Part shown: positions 50,588 to 60,382 of the stretch, piece by piece
Numbering within the stretch: the first letter of the stretch is position 1
How the letters are laid out: each line of letters starts with the position of its first letter
Source of the DNA: an uncultured Chloroflexia bacterium
GTDB lineage: Bacteria; Chloroflexota; Limnocylindria; Limnocylindrales; CSP1-4
NCBI GenBank assembly: GCA_963746845.1
Contig: CAVVCZ010000004.1
Location: forward strand, 1,216,001 to 1,280,000
Length of the DNA: 64,000 bases
Direction: 5' to 3'
The notes under the pieces: model-generated
What the model saw: only the letters and a program-made list of their open reading frames with translations
What the model was told of the DNA's origin: nothing
Databases searched by the model: none
Position numbers and translations under genes: made by a program

Positions 50588-50983
50588 TCAGTCGGTGGCG
50601 CCTGCCACCTCGAGCCGGCCCCGCCAGCAGTCGGTCGTCACGCCGTCGTGGGCGCACTGGATCTCGCTGTAGCTGCCGGTGACCGGCCGGCCCTTGCCCC
50701 AGCCGTCGATGATGACGCCGCTGATCACCGCGTTGAGACCGGTCTGCTCGACATGGACGAGCGCGGTGAACTCGCGCTGGGAGCCGTGGAAGCCATAGAT
50801 TGCCTCGACGGTCGTCGTGGGGCCCGGGTTCATGTCCAGGACCTTGCCCCGGTAGGTTCCCTCGCCGACGGCGCCGCCGACGGTGCCCGCCATCTCGGGA
50901 CCCTCGCCGACCATCCACTTCGTGAACGTGGCGGCACCCGTGCCGACGGGGCTGATGGTGGGCTCGCTGACGATGGTGTCCAT
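50588..50983 (-). CDS. Hypothetical protein (131 aa, beta-rich)
   Basis: GGAAGG SD before ATG at 50983; GC3-biased codons. Confidence 0.65.
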   Translation of the reverse strand: MDTIVSEPTISPVGTGAATFTKWMVGEGPEMAGTVGGAVGEGTYRGKVLDMNPGPTTTVEAIYGFHGSQREFTALVHVEQTGLNAVISGVIIDGWGKGRPVTGSYSEIQCAHDGVTTDCWRGRLEVAGATD

Positions 50984-51125
50984 CGCAGATCCTTCCGACC
51001 ACGGCGTGGGCGGCATCCGGAACGGACGTCTGCGCCGAGCCGTGGCCACCACCGTACACCCGGGTCGTCGTCCGTTCGTCTCGCGCGCGGTGACGCGGCA
51101 GATCGGCAGGGTGAACGGGCGGTGC

Positions 51126-51201
51126 TGGCGCGCCCGGCGGGACTCGAACCCACGACCTTCAGGTCCGCAACCTGACGCTCTATCCACTGAGCTACGGGCG
51201 C
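51126..51201 (-). tRNA. tRNA-Arg with anticodon GCG
   Basis: GCGCCCGTAGCTCAGTGGATAGAGCG-TCAGG-TTGCGGA-CCTGA...GCCA; A20 Arg identity element; anticodon at 51168-51166. Confidence 0.95.
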
Positions 51202-51254
51202 ATGTGCTGGGGAGCGGGAAACCGGCGACCGGTAACGGTCAACCGATGATCGCT

Positions 51255-51299
51255 CTCCGAGGTCCAAGGCGAAGCTCCGCGACGCCATTGGCCCGAGGA
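51255..51299. repeat. 45-bp palindromic (REP-like) repeat, copy D, abutting the tRNA-Ser CCA end
   Basis: ctccga-ggtccaagg-cgaagctccgcgacgc-cattggccc-gagga. Confidence 0.7.
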
Positions 51300-51300
51300 T

Positions 51301-51392
<92 letters not shown>

Positions 51393-51489
51393 GTCGCGCG
51401 GCGGCCGGAATCCTACCATGCACGTTCCGCCCCGCCGCCCGTTCGGCATCTGCTACCGTGCCCGCTCTCCGACCGCCGAGGAGGCCGAC

Positions 51490-52089
51490 GTGACCGACCC
51501 CGGGACCGCTCGAACGCCGCGCACGAAGGAGGCGATCGAGGCATTCACGGTCGGCGAGCTGCAGCCGCTCGCCGGGCCGATCGTCCTCGCCGACCCGGAT
51601 CCGGCGTGGCCCGCGCTGTATGCACGGGAGGAAGCGCGGATCCGCTCGATCCTCGGCGATCGCGTCCTCCGGATCGAGCACACCGGCTCGACGTCCGTGC
51701 CGGGGCTCTCGGCCAAGCCGATCGTCGACATCACGATGCTCGTGGCCGATGCCCTGGATGAGCCGGCCTACGCGGCCGACCTCGGGGCCGCCGGCTACCT
51801 CCTGAGGATCCGCGAGGCGGAGCCCGAGTGGTACGACCACCGCGTCTTCAAGGGCCCCGACACGAACATCAACCTGCACGTCTTCTCGGCCGGCTGCGTC
51901 GAGCTCGAGCGAATGGTCGGGTTCCGCGACTGGCTCCGGACCCACGACGACGAGCGGGAGCTGTACGAGCGGACGAAACGCGACCTGGTCGCGAGCGAGT
52001 GGGACTACGTCCAGCAATACGCGGACGCCAAGGGTGACGTCGTCGAGGCGATCATGGCCCGGGCCGGTCTCCCCGGGCCGCATCCGTGA
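51490..52089 (+). CDS. GrpB/UPF0157 family protein
   Basis: IEHTGSTSVPGLSAKPIVDI, NLHVF, FRDWLR, Y...KRDL, YADAK; GGAGG SD. Confidence 0.9.
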   Translation: MTDPGTARTPRTKEAIEAFTVGELQPLAGPIVLADPDPAWPALYAREEARIRSILGDRVLRIEHTGSTSVPGLSAKPIVDITMLVADALDEPAYAADLGAAGYLLRIREAEPEWYDHRVFKGPDTNINLHVFSAGCVELERMVGFRDWLRTHDDERELYERTKRDLVASEWDYVQQYADAKGDVVEAIMARAGLPGPHP

Positions 52090-52109
52090 CCCCTGTCGCG
52101 GCACCCTCG

Positions 52110-52138
52110 TTGACACGCGTGCGCGCCCGCCGTACCGT
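52110..52138 (+). promoter_or_regulatory. aro operon promoter
   Basis: TTGACA (52110-52115), 17 nt, TACCGT (52133-52138). Confidence 0.75.
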
Positions 52139-52151
52139 CCGCCACACGCAG

Positions 52152-52187
52152 ATGAACACGCTCTTCTACTTTCGACACCCGGCATGA
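52152..52187 (+). CDS. Leader peptide MNTLFYFRHPA of a Phe/Tyr attenuator
   Basis: ATG AAC ACG CTC TTC TAC TTT CGA CAC CCG GCA TGA between the promoter and the terminator. Confidence 0.8.
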   Translation: MNTLFYFRHPA

Positions 52188-52232
52188 CCGACCCCGGAGC
52201 CTAGACCCGGGATCGCGGGTCGTGCCGGGTGG

Positions 52233-52264
52233 AAGCAGAGGTCGCGACCTCTGCTTTTTTGTTT
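52233..52264 (+). terminator. Attenuator terminator upstream of DAHP synthase
   Basis: AAGCAGAGGTC-GC-GACCTCTGCTT followed by TTTTGTTT, 25 nt before the aroF start. Confidence 0.9.
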
Positions 52265-52288
52265 GACCACTGGAGGAACCGAACGGCG

Positions 52289-53371
52289 ATGTTCGTGGTG
52301 ATGGCGCGAACGGCGGGCGAGGCCGAGATCCTCGGCGTGAAGAGCGCCATCCTCGGCGAGGGCCTTACGCCGTACGACCATGCCGGCGTCGAACGGACGG
52401 TCATCGCCGTGATCGGCGAGATCGGCTCGCGCAAGGCCGATCTCAGCGCTCGTCTCGGTGGTCTGCCCGGAGTCGAGACCGTCACCCCGATCAGCCGCCC
52501 GTTCAAGCTGACCTCGCGCGAGTTCCAGCCCGAGGACACGGTGATCCGCGTCCTCGACGCGGTGATCGGCGACGGATCGCTGACCGTGATGGCCGGTCCG
52601 TGCTCCGTGGAGAGCCGGACGCAGCTGTTCGAGACGGCGACGGCCGTGGCCGATGCCGGTGCGACGATCCTGCGCGGCGGCGCCTTCAAGCCCCGGACCT
52701 CGCCGTACAGCTTCCAGGGTCTGGGCGTCGAGGCGCTCCGCGACCTGGCGGAGGCGCGCGAGCGGACCGGGCTGCCGGTGATCACCGAGGTCATGGAGCC
52801 GAACCAGGTCGACATCGTCGCGGAGTACGCCGACATCCTCCAGGTCGGCACCCGGAACATGCAGAACTTCTCCCTGCTCATGGCGGTCGGCCGGGTCGCG
52901 CGGCCGGTCATGCTCAAACGCGGCTTCAGCGCCACGGTCGAGGAGTGGCTGATGGCGGCCGAGTACATCGTCAGCTCCGGCAATCCGAACGTGATCCTGT
53001 GCGAGCGCGGGATCCGGACGTTCGAGACCTACACGCGCAACACGCTCGACCTGTCGGCCGTGCCACTCCTCCGGCAGCTGACCCACCTTCCGGTGATCGT
53101 CGACCCGAGCCACGCGACCGGCAAGCGCTGGCTCGTCCCGTCACTGGCGATCGGCGGCGTCGCCGTCGGGGCGGACGGCGTCATGGTCGAGGTCCACCCG
53201 AACCCCGACGAGGCCCTGTCCGACGCCGAGCAGCAGCTCACCTTCGACCAGTTCCGGGCGATGATGGCCCAGTTGGTCCCGGTCCACGAGCAGGTCCGCG
53301 GGCTGCGGTCGGCGCCCGTCGTCGCCGAAGGCGCGGGAGCCGGCGGCGGCGCCGGGCTCGGCCGGCACTGA
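52289..53371 (+). CDS. aroF: DAHP synthase, class I-beta with N-terminal ACT-like regulatory domain
   Basis: [37 protein letters not shown]; GGAGG SD. Confidence 0.95.
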   Translation: MFVVMARTAGEAEILGVKSAILGEGLTPYDHAGVERTVIAVIGEIGSRKADLSARLGGLPGVETVTPISRPFKLTSREFQPEDTVIRVLDAVIGDGSLTVMAGPCSVESRTQLFETATAVADAGATILRGGAFKPRTSPYSFQGLGVEALRDLAEARERTGLPVITEVMEPNQVDIVAEYADILQVGTRNMQNFSLLMAVGRVARPVMLKRGFSATVEEWLMAAEYIVSSGNPNVILCERGIRTFETYTRNTLDLSAVPLLRQLTHLPVIVDPSHATGKRWLVPSLAIGGVAVGADGVMVEVHPNPDEALSDAEQQLTFDQFRAMMAQLVPVHEQVRGLRSAPVVAEGAGAGGGAGLGRH

Positions 53372-54765
53372 TGACCACGATGACCCCCGTCGATGCCGCC
53401 GTCGTCGAGCGCGCCGCGCGCCTCCGAGGCGAGCTCGCGCTGCCCGGTGACAAGTCGGTCAGCCACCGGGCGTTGATGCTCGCGACGCTGGCTGCGGGCG
53501 AGAGCCGGATCCGGGGCGCCGGGGACGGCGCCGACGTCCGCTCGACCGCCGCCATCTGCCGGGCCCTCGGCGCGAACGTCGAGCGGCAGGACGTCGACCG
53601 GGCGGGGGGTCCGACGGTCGACTACCGGGTCGTGTCGCCGGGCGTCGACGGGTTGCGCGAGCCGGCAGTGGACCTGGACTGCGGCAACTCCGGCACGAGC
53701 CTCCGGCTGTTCTCCGGGATCGTCGCCGGCTTGCCGTTCCGGACCGTCCTCGACGGCGACGATTCGTTGCGGCGTCGACCGGTCGCCCGTATCATCGAGC
53801 CACTTCGGGCGATGGGCGCAACGGTCCATGCCCGGGCCGACGACTCCCTCCCACCACTGACCGTCATCGGTCGTCATCCGCTCATCGCGGTCGATCGCTG
53901 GACCCCCGTCCCGAGCGCCCAGGTCAAGTCGGCGATCGTGCTGGCGGGGCTCCGGGCGGAGGGCACGACCACCGTCCGCGAGACGGTCGCCACGCGCGAC
54001 CACACCGAGCGGATGCTGCGGGCGCGGGGGATCGTGGTCCGGACGGAGCGTCTGACGCTGGACGAGGCCGGCGGGGCCGAGGGGGCCATGGCGATCACGG
54101 TGGAGGGAGGGCGAGCAGTGGCGGCGATCGACGAGCGCGTCCCGGGCGACGTGTCGGCGGCCGCCTTCTGGCTCGTCGCGGGCGCGATCCACCCGGATGC
54201 GGACCTGACCCTGCGCGGCGTCGGGATCAACCCGACGCGCCGTGCCGTGATCGACATCCTCCGCTCGATGGGGGCCGACATCACCGAGACCCCGGCGGAC
54301 GGGTCCGCCGCCGGGGACCACGCGAACGCCGGCGTCGGCGAGCCGCTGGCGGACCTCCGGGTCCGCTCGTCCTCACTCCTCGGGATCGACCTGGGTCCGT
54401 CCGACGTCGCGGCCGCGATCGACGAGATCCCGGTCCTGTGCCTCGCGGCCGCGCGGGCGGCCGGCACGACCACGATCCGCGGCGCCGGCGAGCTCCGCCA
54501 CAAGGAATCGGACCGGATCGCGGGCACGGCGGACGGCCTGCGCGCGCTCGGCGCCGACGTCGAGGTGGACGGCGACGACCTCCGGATCCGCGGCGGCCGC
54601 TCCCTCGCCGGTGCGGTCGTCGACAGCCTCGACGACCATCGACTTGCGATGACCTTCGCGATCGCGGGCCTCGTCGCCGCCGACCGGACGACCGTCCTCC
54701 GTCCGGCCAGCGCCGCGATCTCCTACCCCGGCTTCTTCGACGACCTCGGAAGGGTGGCGTCATGA
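53371..54765 (+). CDS. aroA: EPSP synthase (class II)
   Basis: [49 protein letters not shown]. Confidence 0.96.
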   Translation: MTTMTPVDAAVVERAARLRGELALPGDKSVSHRALMLATLAAGESRIRGAGDGADVRSTAAICRALGANVERQDVDRAGGPTVDYRVVSPGVDGLREPAVDLDCGNSGTSLRLFSGIVAGLPFRTVLDGDDSLRRRPVARIIEPLRAMGATVHARADDSLPPLTVIGRHPLIAVDRWTPVPSAQVKSAIVLAGLRAEGTTTVRETVATRDHTERMLRARGIVVRTERLTLDEAGGAEGAMAITVEGGRAVAAIDERVPGDVSAAAFWLVAGAIHPDADLTLRGVGINPTRRAVIDILRSMGADITETPADGSAAGDHANAGVGEPLADLRVRSSSLLGIDLGPSDVAAAIDEIPVLCLAAARAAGTTTIRGAGELRHKESDRIAGTADGLRALGADVEVDGDDLRIRGGRSLAGAVVDSLDDHRLAMTFAIAGLVAADRTTVLRPASAAISYPGFFDDLGRVAS

Positions 54766-55688
54766 CCAAGCGCGTCGTTCTCATCGGGCATCCCGTCGCC
54801 CACTCGCTCTCGGGCGCGATGCACCAGGCGGCGTTCGACGATCAGGGGATCGACGCGGCCTACGAGCTGTGGGACCGTGCGCCGATCGCCCTGCCCGATG
54901 CGATCGGCGAGATCCGCGGCGACGACTTCCTCGGCGCGAATGTCACGATCCCCCACAAGGAGCGGGTCGTTCCGCTCGTCGACAAGCTGACCGAGGAGGC
55001 GCAGGTCACCGGGGCGGTCAACACGATCACCCGCGAGGGCCACCGGCTCGTCGGCCACAACACGGACGTGCCGGGCTTCAAGGTCGCCCTCGACAAGCTC
55101 GTCGGCCGCCAGAAGATGCCGCGCTACGCGATCGTCCTGGGCGCCGGCGGCGGCGCCCGCGCCGTCGTCTACGGGTTGATCCGCGAGGGCTTCCAGCGGG
55201 TCATCATCTTCAACCGCCACCTCCATCGGGCCGAGGGTCTCGTCAAGCACTTCGGGCGGAGCGCGTCGCACATGGAGCTGCGTGCGATGCCGTGGCACGA
55301 GTCGATCATCGAGGCCGAGCTGGCCAAGTCGAAGGTGCTCGTCAATGCCACCTCGATCGGGCTGGCGACCGACGTCTCGCCGATCCCGGCCGAGATCCTG
55401 CCGGCGGAGCTGCTCGTCCTGGACCTCATCTACAAGCACACGCGCCTGCTCCAGGACGCCGAGGCAGCGGGCGCGACAGTGTCCGACGGCGAGCTCATGC
55501 TCCTCCACCAGGGCGCCGCCGCGTTCACGCTCTGGACCGGCCGACCGGCCCCGGTCGACGTGATGCAGAAGGCGCTGTCCGCGGCCCGGGCCGGCGGCGT
55601 CCGCTCGGCCGAGGGTGAGCCGACCGGCGAGCCGGAGGCCACCGCGGCCGGCGCCGGGTCATCGTCCGGCGGCACGGGCGGCGACTGA
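54762..55688 (+). CDS. aroE: Shikimate dehydrogenase
   Basis: GHPVAHSLS, GANVTIPHK, GAVNT, NTD, GAGGGARA. Confidence 0.95.
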   Translation: MTKRVVLIGHPVAHSLSGAMHQAAFDDQGIDAAYELWDRAPIALPDAIGEIRGDDFLGANVTIPHKERVVPLVDKLTEEAQVTGAVNTITREGHRLVGHNTDVPGFKVALDKLVGRQKMPRYAIVLGAGGGARAVVYGLIREGFQRVIIFNRHLHRAEGLVKHFGRSASHMELRAMPWHESIIEAELAKSKVLVNATSIGLATDVSPIPAEILPAELLVLDLIYKHTRLLQDAEAAGATVSDGELMLLHQGAAAFTLWTGRPAPVDVMQKALSAARAGGVRSAEGEPTGEPEATAAGAGSSSGGTGGD

Positions 55689-55712
55689 CGCGGCCCCGCC
55701 GCGAGGACGCTC

Positions 55713-57020
55713 ATGGGTCGACTCCGCTGGCTGACGGCCGGTGAATTGCACGGCCGCTCCCTCGGGGTCACCGTCGAGGGCGTGCCGGCCGGCCTCGCCC
55801 TGTCGTCGGAGACGCTGTCGGTCGACCTCGCCCGGCGTCAGCGCGGCTACGGGCGGGGCGCGCGCCAGGCGATCGAGCACGACACCGCCGACATCGTCTC
55901 GGGGGTCCGCCACGGGGTGACCCTTGGGTCGCCGATCCTCCTGCTCGTCGCCAATCGCGACTGGGAGAACTGGACGGCCGTCATGCAGGTCGAGGACCTG
56001 TCGGACGAGGATGCGTCGTCCCTTGCCGCCGCCGCGGCCGACGGCAACAAGCGGGCGACCCCCGTCACCCGCGTCCGCCCGGGCCATGCCGACCTCGCGG
56101 GGGCGCTGAAGTACGGCTTCAACGACGTCCGCAACGTGCTGGAACGGGCGTCCGCCCGCGAGACCGCCGCACGGGTCGCCGCCGGCGGCGTGGCGCGGGC
56201 GATCCTCGCCGAGCTCGGCGTCGACGTCTGGTCGTTCACGGCGGAGGTGGGCGGCGTCGCCGTGGATCCGGAGCGGGCGACACGCTCGCGCGCGGAGTCG
56301 GATGCGTCCCCGCTGCGCTGCCCGGACCCGGATGCCGAGGTTGCGATGATCGCGCGGATCGACGAGGCGCGATCCAGCGGCGACACCGTCGGCGGCGTGT
56401 TCGAGGTCGTCGCCCACGGGCTGCCGATCGGGATCGGCTCGTATGTCCACTGGGACCGGCGGCTCGACGCCGCGCTCGCGGCCGCGGTGATGAGCATCAA
56501 CATCGTCAAGGGTGTCGAGTTCGGGCTGGGGTTCGAGCAGACGCGTCGGTTCGGCTCGGCAGTCCACGACGTGATCGAGGGTCGGGGCGAGGGCGGCCGG
56601 TGGATCCATCGCTCGAACAACGCGGGCGGCCTGACCGGCGGCGTCACGAACGGCGAGCCGCTCGTCGTCCGGGGAGCGGTCAAGCCGATCTCGACCCTCG
56701 CGCGGCCGCTCCCGTCGGCCGATCTCGTGACCGGCGACGCGGTCGACAAGGCCCACTACGAGCGATCCGACATCAGCGTCGTGCCGGCGGCCGGGGTCGT
56801 CGCCGAGGCGATGGTCATGCTGACCCTCGCCGACGCGATGCTCGACACGTTCGGCGGCAGCACGATCGGCGACACGCGAGCCGCGCTCGACCGGTACGTG
56901 GACCGGATCTCGGGGGCGGTCCCGGCGCCGGTCGCCGGCGGGCGGCGGGGCGACGACGACGCGGTCGGTTCCGTGGCGACGGAGGCCGGCGACGAGGCCG
57001 GCTCCGGCGGCGACGACTAG
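55713..57020 (+). CDS. aroC: Chorismate synthase
   Basis: RPGHADL, ERASARETA, NNAGG, KPIST, ERSD. Confidence 0.96.
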   Translation: MGRLRWLTAGELHGRSLGVTVEGVPAGLALSSETLSVDLARRQRGYGRGARQAIEHDTADIVSGVRHGVTLGSPILLLVANRDWENWTAVMQVEDLSDEDASSLAAAAADGNKRATPVTRVRPGHADLAGALKYGFNDVRNVLERASARETAARVAAGGVARAILAELGVDVWSFTAEVGGVAVDPERATRSRAESDASPLRCPDPDAEVAMIARIDEARSSGDTVGGVFEVVAHGLPIGIGSYVHWDRRLDAALAAAVMSINIVKGVEFGLGFEQTRRFGSAVHDVIEGRGEGGRWIHRSNNAGGLTGGVTNGEPLVVRGAVKPISTLARPLPSADLVTGDAVDKAHYERSDISVVPAAGVVAEAMVMLTLADAMLDTFGGSTIGDTRAALDRYVDRISGAVPAPVAGGRRGDDDAVGSVATEAGDEAGSGGDD

Positions 57021-57035
57021 GCGATCGATCGACCG

Positions 57036-58685
57036 ATGGACGTCGTCCTCGTCGGGCTGCCAGGGAGCGGCAAGAGCGCCGTCGGGCGGCGACTGGCCCA
57101 TCGCCACGGCGCGACGTTCGTCGACCTCGACGCGACGATCGAGAAGGCGGCCGGGCGGCCGATCCCGGAGATCTTCGCCGAGGCGGGCGAGGCAGCGTTC
57201 CGCGCCCTGGAGCGCCGGGCCGTCGAAGACCTGGGCCCGCCCGACACGGGCCCTGAGATCCGGACCGTGGTCGCGACGGGTGGCGGCGCGGTCGTCGAGC
57301 CGCGGAACCGGTGGGCGCTGTACCGCCACCGGGTCCCGATCTGGCTCGACGTCCGACCGGAGGTCCTCGCCCAGCGACTCCGCCGATCTCCGAACGTCCG
57401 GCCACTGATCGTCGGGCGCGATCCGATGGGCGCGATCCGCGAGCTCGGGCGCGACCGGGAGCGCTTCTACACCGCGGCGCACCGGCTGAACGGCGTCGCC
57501 GAGCTGGCATCGATCGTGGAACGGGCGGATGAGCTCGTCGCCCGGGTCGCTCATGCGCCGGAGCCAACGGTCCTGCTCCGTGGACGGTCGCTCGACGGCG
57601 ACCTCGTGATCGGCGAGGGGATCGCCGCGACCGTGGTCGGCGATGCGTTGCGCGGGCTCCGCGCCCGCCGGGCGATCCTCGTCTCCGAGCCGACGGCCTG
57701 GTCGGTCGCCGGCGAGGCGATCGCGACCGCCCTCACGGACGACGGCTGGCCCGTCGAGCGCGTCCTGCTGCCGCAGGGTGAGACGGCGAAGTCGCTCGCG
57801 GTCATCGAGGAGGCGGCCGGCCAGCTTGCCGCGTTGCGGGCGGAGCGCGGCGAGCCGCTCGTCGCGATCGGGGGCGGGGCGCTCGGAGACGCGGCCGGGT
57901 TCCTGGCCGCCTCGTGGCTGCGTGGCGTGCCACTCGTCCAGGTGCCGACGACCCTCGTCGCCCAGATCGATTCGTCGATCGGTGGGAAGACGGGCGTGGA
58001 CCTGCCGGCCGGCAAGAACCTCGTCGGGGCGTTCCACCCGCCGGCGGCGATCGTGATCGACATCGGCTTCCTCCGGACGCTCCCGGAGCGGCAGCGGCGG
58101 GCCGCCCTGGGCGAGGCCGTGAAGATGGCAGCGCTCGGCGACGAGCGGCTCTTCTCGCTTCTCGAGTGCGACGGCGAGGCGATCGCCCGCGGCGATGAGG
58201 CGGCATTCGAGGGCGGGGTGGTCGCCGAGCTGGTCGAGCGCGCCGGGTGGGCAAAGGTGCAGGTGACCGATTCCGACGAGCGCGAGGGGGGCGCTGAGGA
58301 CGGTCGGGTCACGCTGAACCTCGGGCACTCGCTCGGGCACGCGGTCGAGGCAGCCGGCGGATATCGCGACCTGCTCCACGGTGAGGCGGTCGCCCACGGG
58401 CTCCGCGGCGCCGTCCGGATCGGTCGCGAGCTGGGCGTCACCCCGGCGGACCGAGCGGACCGGATCGAGGGCCTCCTGACGCGGCTGGGGCTGGCGACCC
58501 GGCCCCTCCCCTACGCCCTGCCGGCCGTCCTCGGGCATCTGTCGGCGGACAAGAAGCACACGGCCGGCGCGCTGCGCTGGGTCCTGCCGACGGCAGATGG
58601 CTCGGTCGTCCGGTCGGACGTGCCGCCCGAGATCGTCGAGCGCGCGGCGGCGTCCCTGCTCGACCCGGCGGGAGCGGCCGCGTGA
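57036..58685 (+). CDS. Fused shikimate kinase / 3-dehydroquinate synthase (AroKB)
   Basis: GLPGSGKS...FRALE...TGGG followed by GGGALGD, PTT...DSSIGGKTG, KNLVG, LNLGH, HGEAV. Confidence 0.93.
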   Translation: MDVVLVGLPGSGKSAVGRRLAHRHGATFVDLDATIEKAAGRPIPEIFAEAGEAAFRALERRAVEDLGPPDTGPEIRTVVATGGGAVVEPRNRWALYRHRVPIWLDVRPEVLAQRLRRSPNVRPLIVGRDPMGAIRELGRDRERFYTAAHRLNGVAELASIVERADELVARVAHAPEPTVLLRGRSLDGDLVIGEGIAATVVGDALRGLRARRAILVSEPTAWSVAGEAIATALTDDGWPVERVLLPQGETAKSLAVIEEAAGQLAALRAERGEPLVAIGGGALGDAAGFLAASWLRGVPLVQVPTTLVAQIDSSIGGKTGVDLPAGKNLVGAFHPPAAIVIDIGFLRTLPERQRRAALGEAVKMAALGDERLFSLLECDGEAIARGDEAAFEGGVVAELVERAGWAKVQVTDSDEREGGAEDGRVTLNLGHSLGHAVEAAGGYRDLLHGEAVAHGLRGAVRIGRELGVTPADRADRIEGLLTRLGLATRPLPYALPAVLGHLSADKKHTAGALRWVLPTADGSVVRSDVPPEIVERAAASLLDPAGAAA

Positions 58686-59119
58686 CCCGCGTCCTCGTCC
58701 TCCAGGGCCCGAACCTCAACCTGCTCGGGTCGCGCGAGCCGGCGATCTACGGGACCGACACGCTCGACGACATCCATCGCGAGATCGCGGTGCGGGCCTC
58801 GGAGCTGGGTCTGGAGGTCGGGTTCTTCCAGTCGAACCACGAAGGTGCCCTGATCGACCGGCTCCACGAGCGGGACTTCGACGTCGCGATCGTCAACGCG
58901 GGCGGGCTGACCCACACGTCGGTTGCGCTCCGGGATGCGCTGCTCGGCGTCGAGCGGCCCTTCTGGGAGGTCCACCTGTCCGATCCGTCGACCCGCGACC
59001 CGTTCCGCCACGTCAACTTCCTCCACGACATCGCGGCCGGATCGATCGTCGGGCAGGGCAAGCGGGGCTATCTGCTCGCGCTCGAGGCGATCGCCGCGGG
59101 TCCGGAGCCGGACCGGTGA
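58682..59119 (+). CDS. aroQ: Type II 3-dehydroquinate dehydratase
   Basis: GPNLNLLGSREPAIYG, QSNHEG, THTSVALRDA, EVHLS. Confidence 0.95.
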   Translation: MTRVLVLQGPNLNLLGSREPAIYGTDTLDDIHREIAVRASELGLEVGFFQSNHEGALIDRLHERDFDVAIVNAGGLTHTSVALRDALLGVERPFWEVHLSDPSTRDPFRHVNFLHDIAAGSIVGQGKRGYLLALEAIAAGPEPDR

Positions 59120-59484
59120 GCCCGGTGAGCCGCCGAGGGCGCGGGTCGGAACCCGAGAGCGCCGAGCTCCGCCGGCTGCGACGCCGGATCGATGCGCTCG
59201 ACCGGAAGATCGTCCGCCTCCTGAACGACCGGGCCGAGCTGGCCCGCGAGGTCGGCCGCGAGAAGGTGTCTGCCGGGCGGCACGCCGTTCGCGACCCGGA
59301 GCGGGAGCGCGAGGTGCTGCTGCGCGTCTCGATGGCCAACGACGGACCGACGCCCCAGGCCGACCTGCTCGCGATCTACAAGCGCCTCTTCGTGGTCGCG
59401 CGGACGCTCGAGCGGCGCGATCGGACCCGCGCGGCACGGGCCGCCCGGCTCAGCGTGTCAGTGGAGCCCGGCGACGGTCGCTGA
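59116..59484 (+). CDS. Chorismate mutase (type II, monofunctional)
   Basis: LRRRIDALDRKIVRLLNDR...REK...RDPERE; GTG overlapping the aroQ stop. Confidence 0.88.
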   Translation: MSPVSRRGRGSEPESAELRRLRRRIDALDRKIVRLLNDRAELAREVGREKVSAGRHAVRDPEREREVLLRVSMANDGPTPQADLLAIYKRLFVVARTLERRDRTRAARAARLSVSVEPGDGR

Positions 59485-59499
59485 CCCGGGGCCCACGCA

Positions 59500-60352
59500 G
59501 ATCGCGATCCCCCGCTGCGTCCGGACGCGCTTCGCGCCCGCACCGACGGGGTTCCTGCACCTCGGCCACGTGGCGAATGCGTTGTGGGTCTGGGGCGCTG
59601 CCGGGCTGGCGGGGGCATCCGTCCTGCTCCGGATCGAGGACCACGATCGGGAGCGGTCGCGGGTCACGTTCGATGCCGCGCTCCGCGAGGACCTGGCGTG
59701 GCTGGGCTTCGCGGCGGACGAGGGCCCGGTCCGGCAGACCGACCCCGACGCGCGCGCTGCGGAGGTGGCCGCGCTGGAGCGATTGAGCGGTGCCGGACTC
59801 GTGTACCGCTGTGGCTGTTCCCGCTCGACGTTCGCCGCGTGGGCGCGCGAGCACGGCCGGGAGTGGTCGGGCGCCGGATGTCCCGGGGCATGCCGGACCC
59901 GGGTACTCCCCGGTGACGCGGCCACGAGCTTGCGGGTCGCCCTCGGCGAGGGCGCGGAGACCTTCGACGACCTGCTCGTCGGGCGGCAGGTCGGCGATCC
60001 TTCGGCGATGGGCGACCTCGTCGTGCGGGATCGGTCCGGCAACTGGACGTATGGGTTCGCGGTCGTCGTCGACGATCTCCGCCAGGACGTCGACCTCGTC
60101 GTCCGCGGCGAGGATCTCCTGCCCGACACCGCCCGCCAGATCCGGCTCGGCCGGCTCCTCGGTCGCGATGAGCCACCCCGATTCCTCCACCAACCGCTGA
60201 TCCGGAAGCCGTCGGGGGCGAAGCTCTCGAAGTCCGACGGCGACACCGGCGTCCGCGAGCTTCGGGCCGCCGGTCGGTCCCCCGCCGAGGTCCGGGACGA
60301 GGCGGCTCGGCGCGGCCTGGTTCCCGCCGAGATCCGCGTCGCTGCGCGGTAG
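59500..60352 (+). CDS. gluQ: Glutamyl-Q tRNA(Asp) synthetase-like protein (GluRS catalytic domain only); start uncertain
   Basis: RTRFAPAPTGFLHLGH, LRIEDHD, CGC...CPGAC, AVVVDD, VRGEDL, KLSKS; no anticodon-binding domain. Confidence 0.8.
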
Positions 60353-60382
60353 CCGATCGGAGCCTCGGGCCGGCGGATCAGT

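Noticed and set aside
45907-51125. Genomic island integrated at tRNA-Arg or tRNA-Ser
   Set aside because: No integrase, no duplicated tRNA 3' end found, and no obvious compositional shift.
57036-58685. AroK-AroB fusion as a novelty
   Set aside because: AroKB fusions are already known in several phyla.
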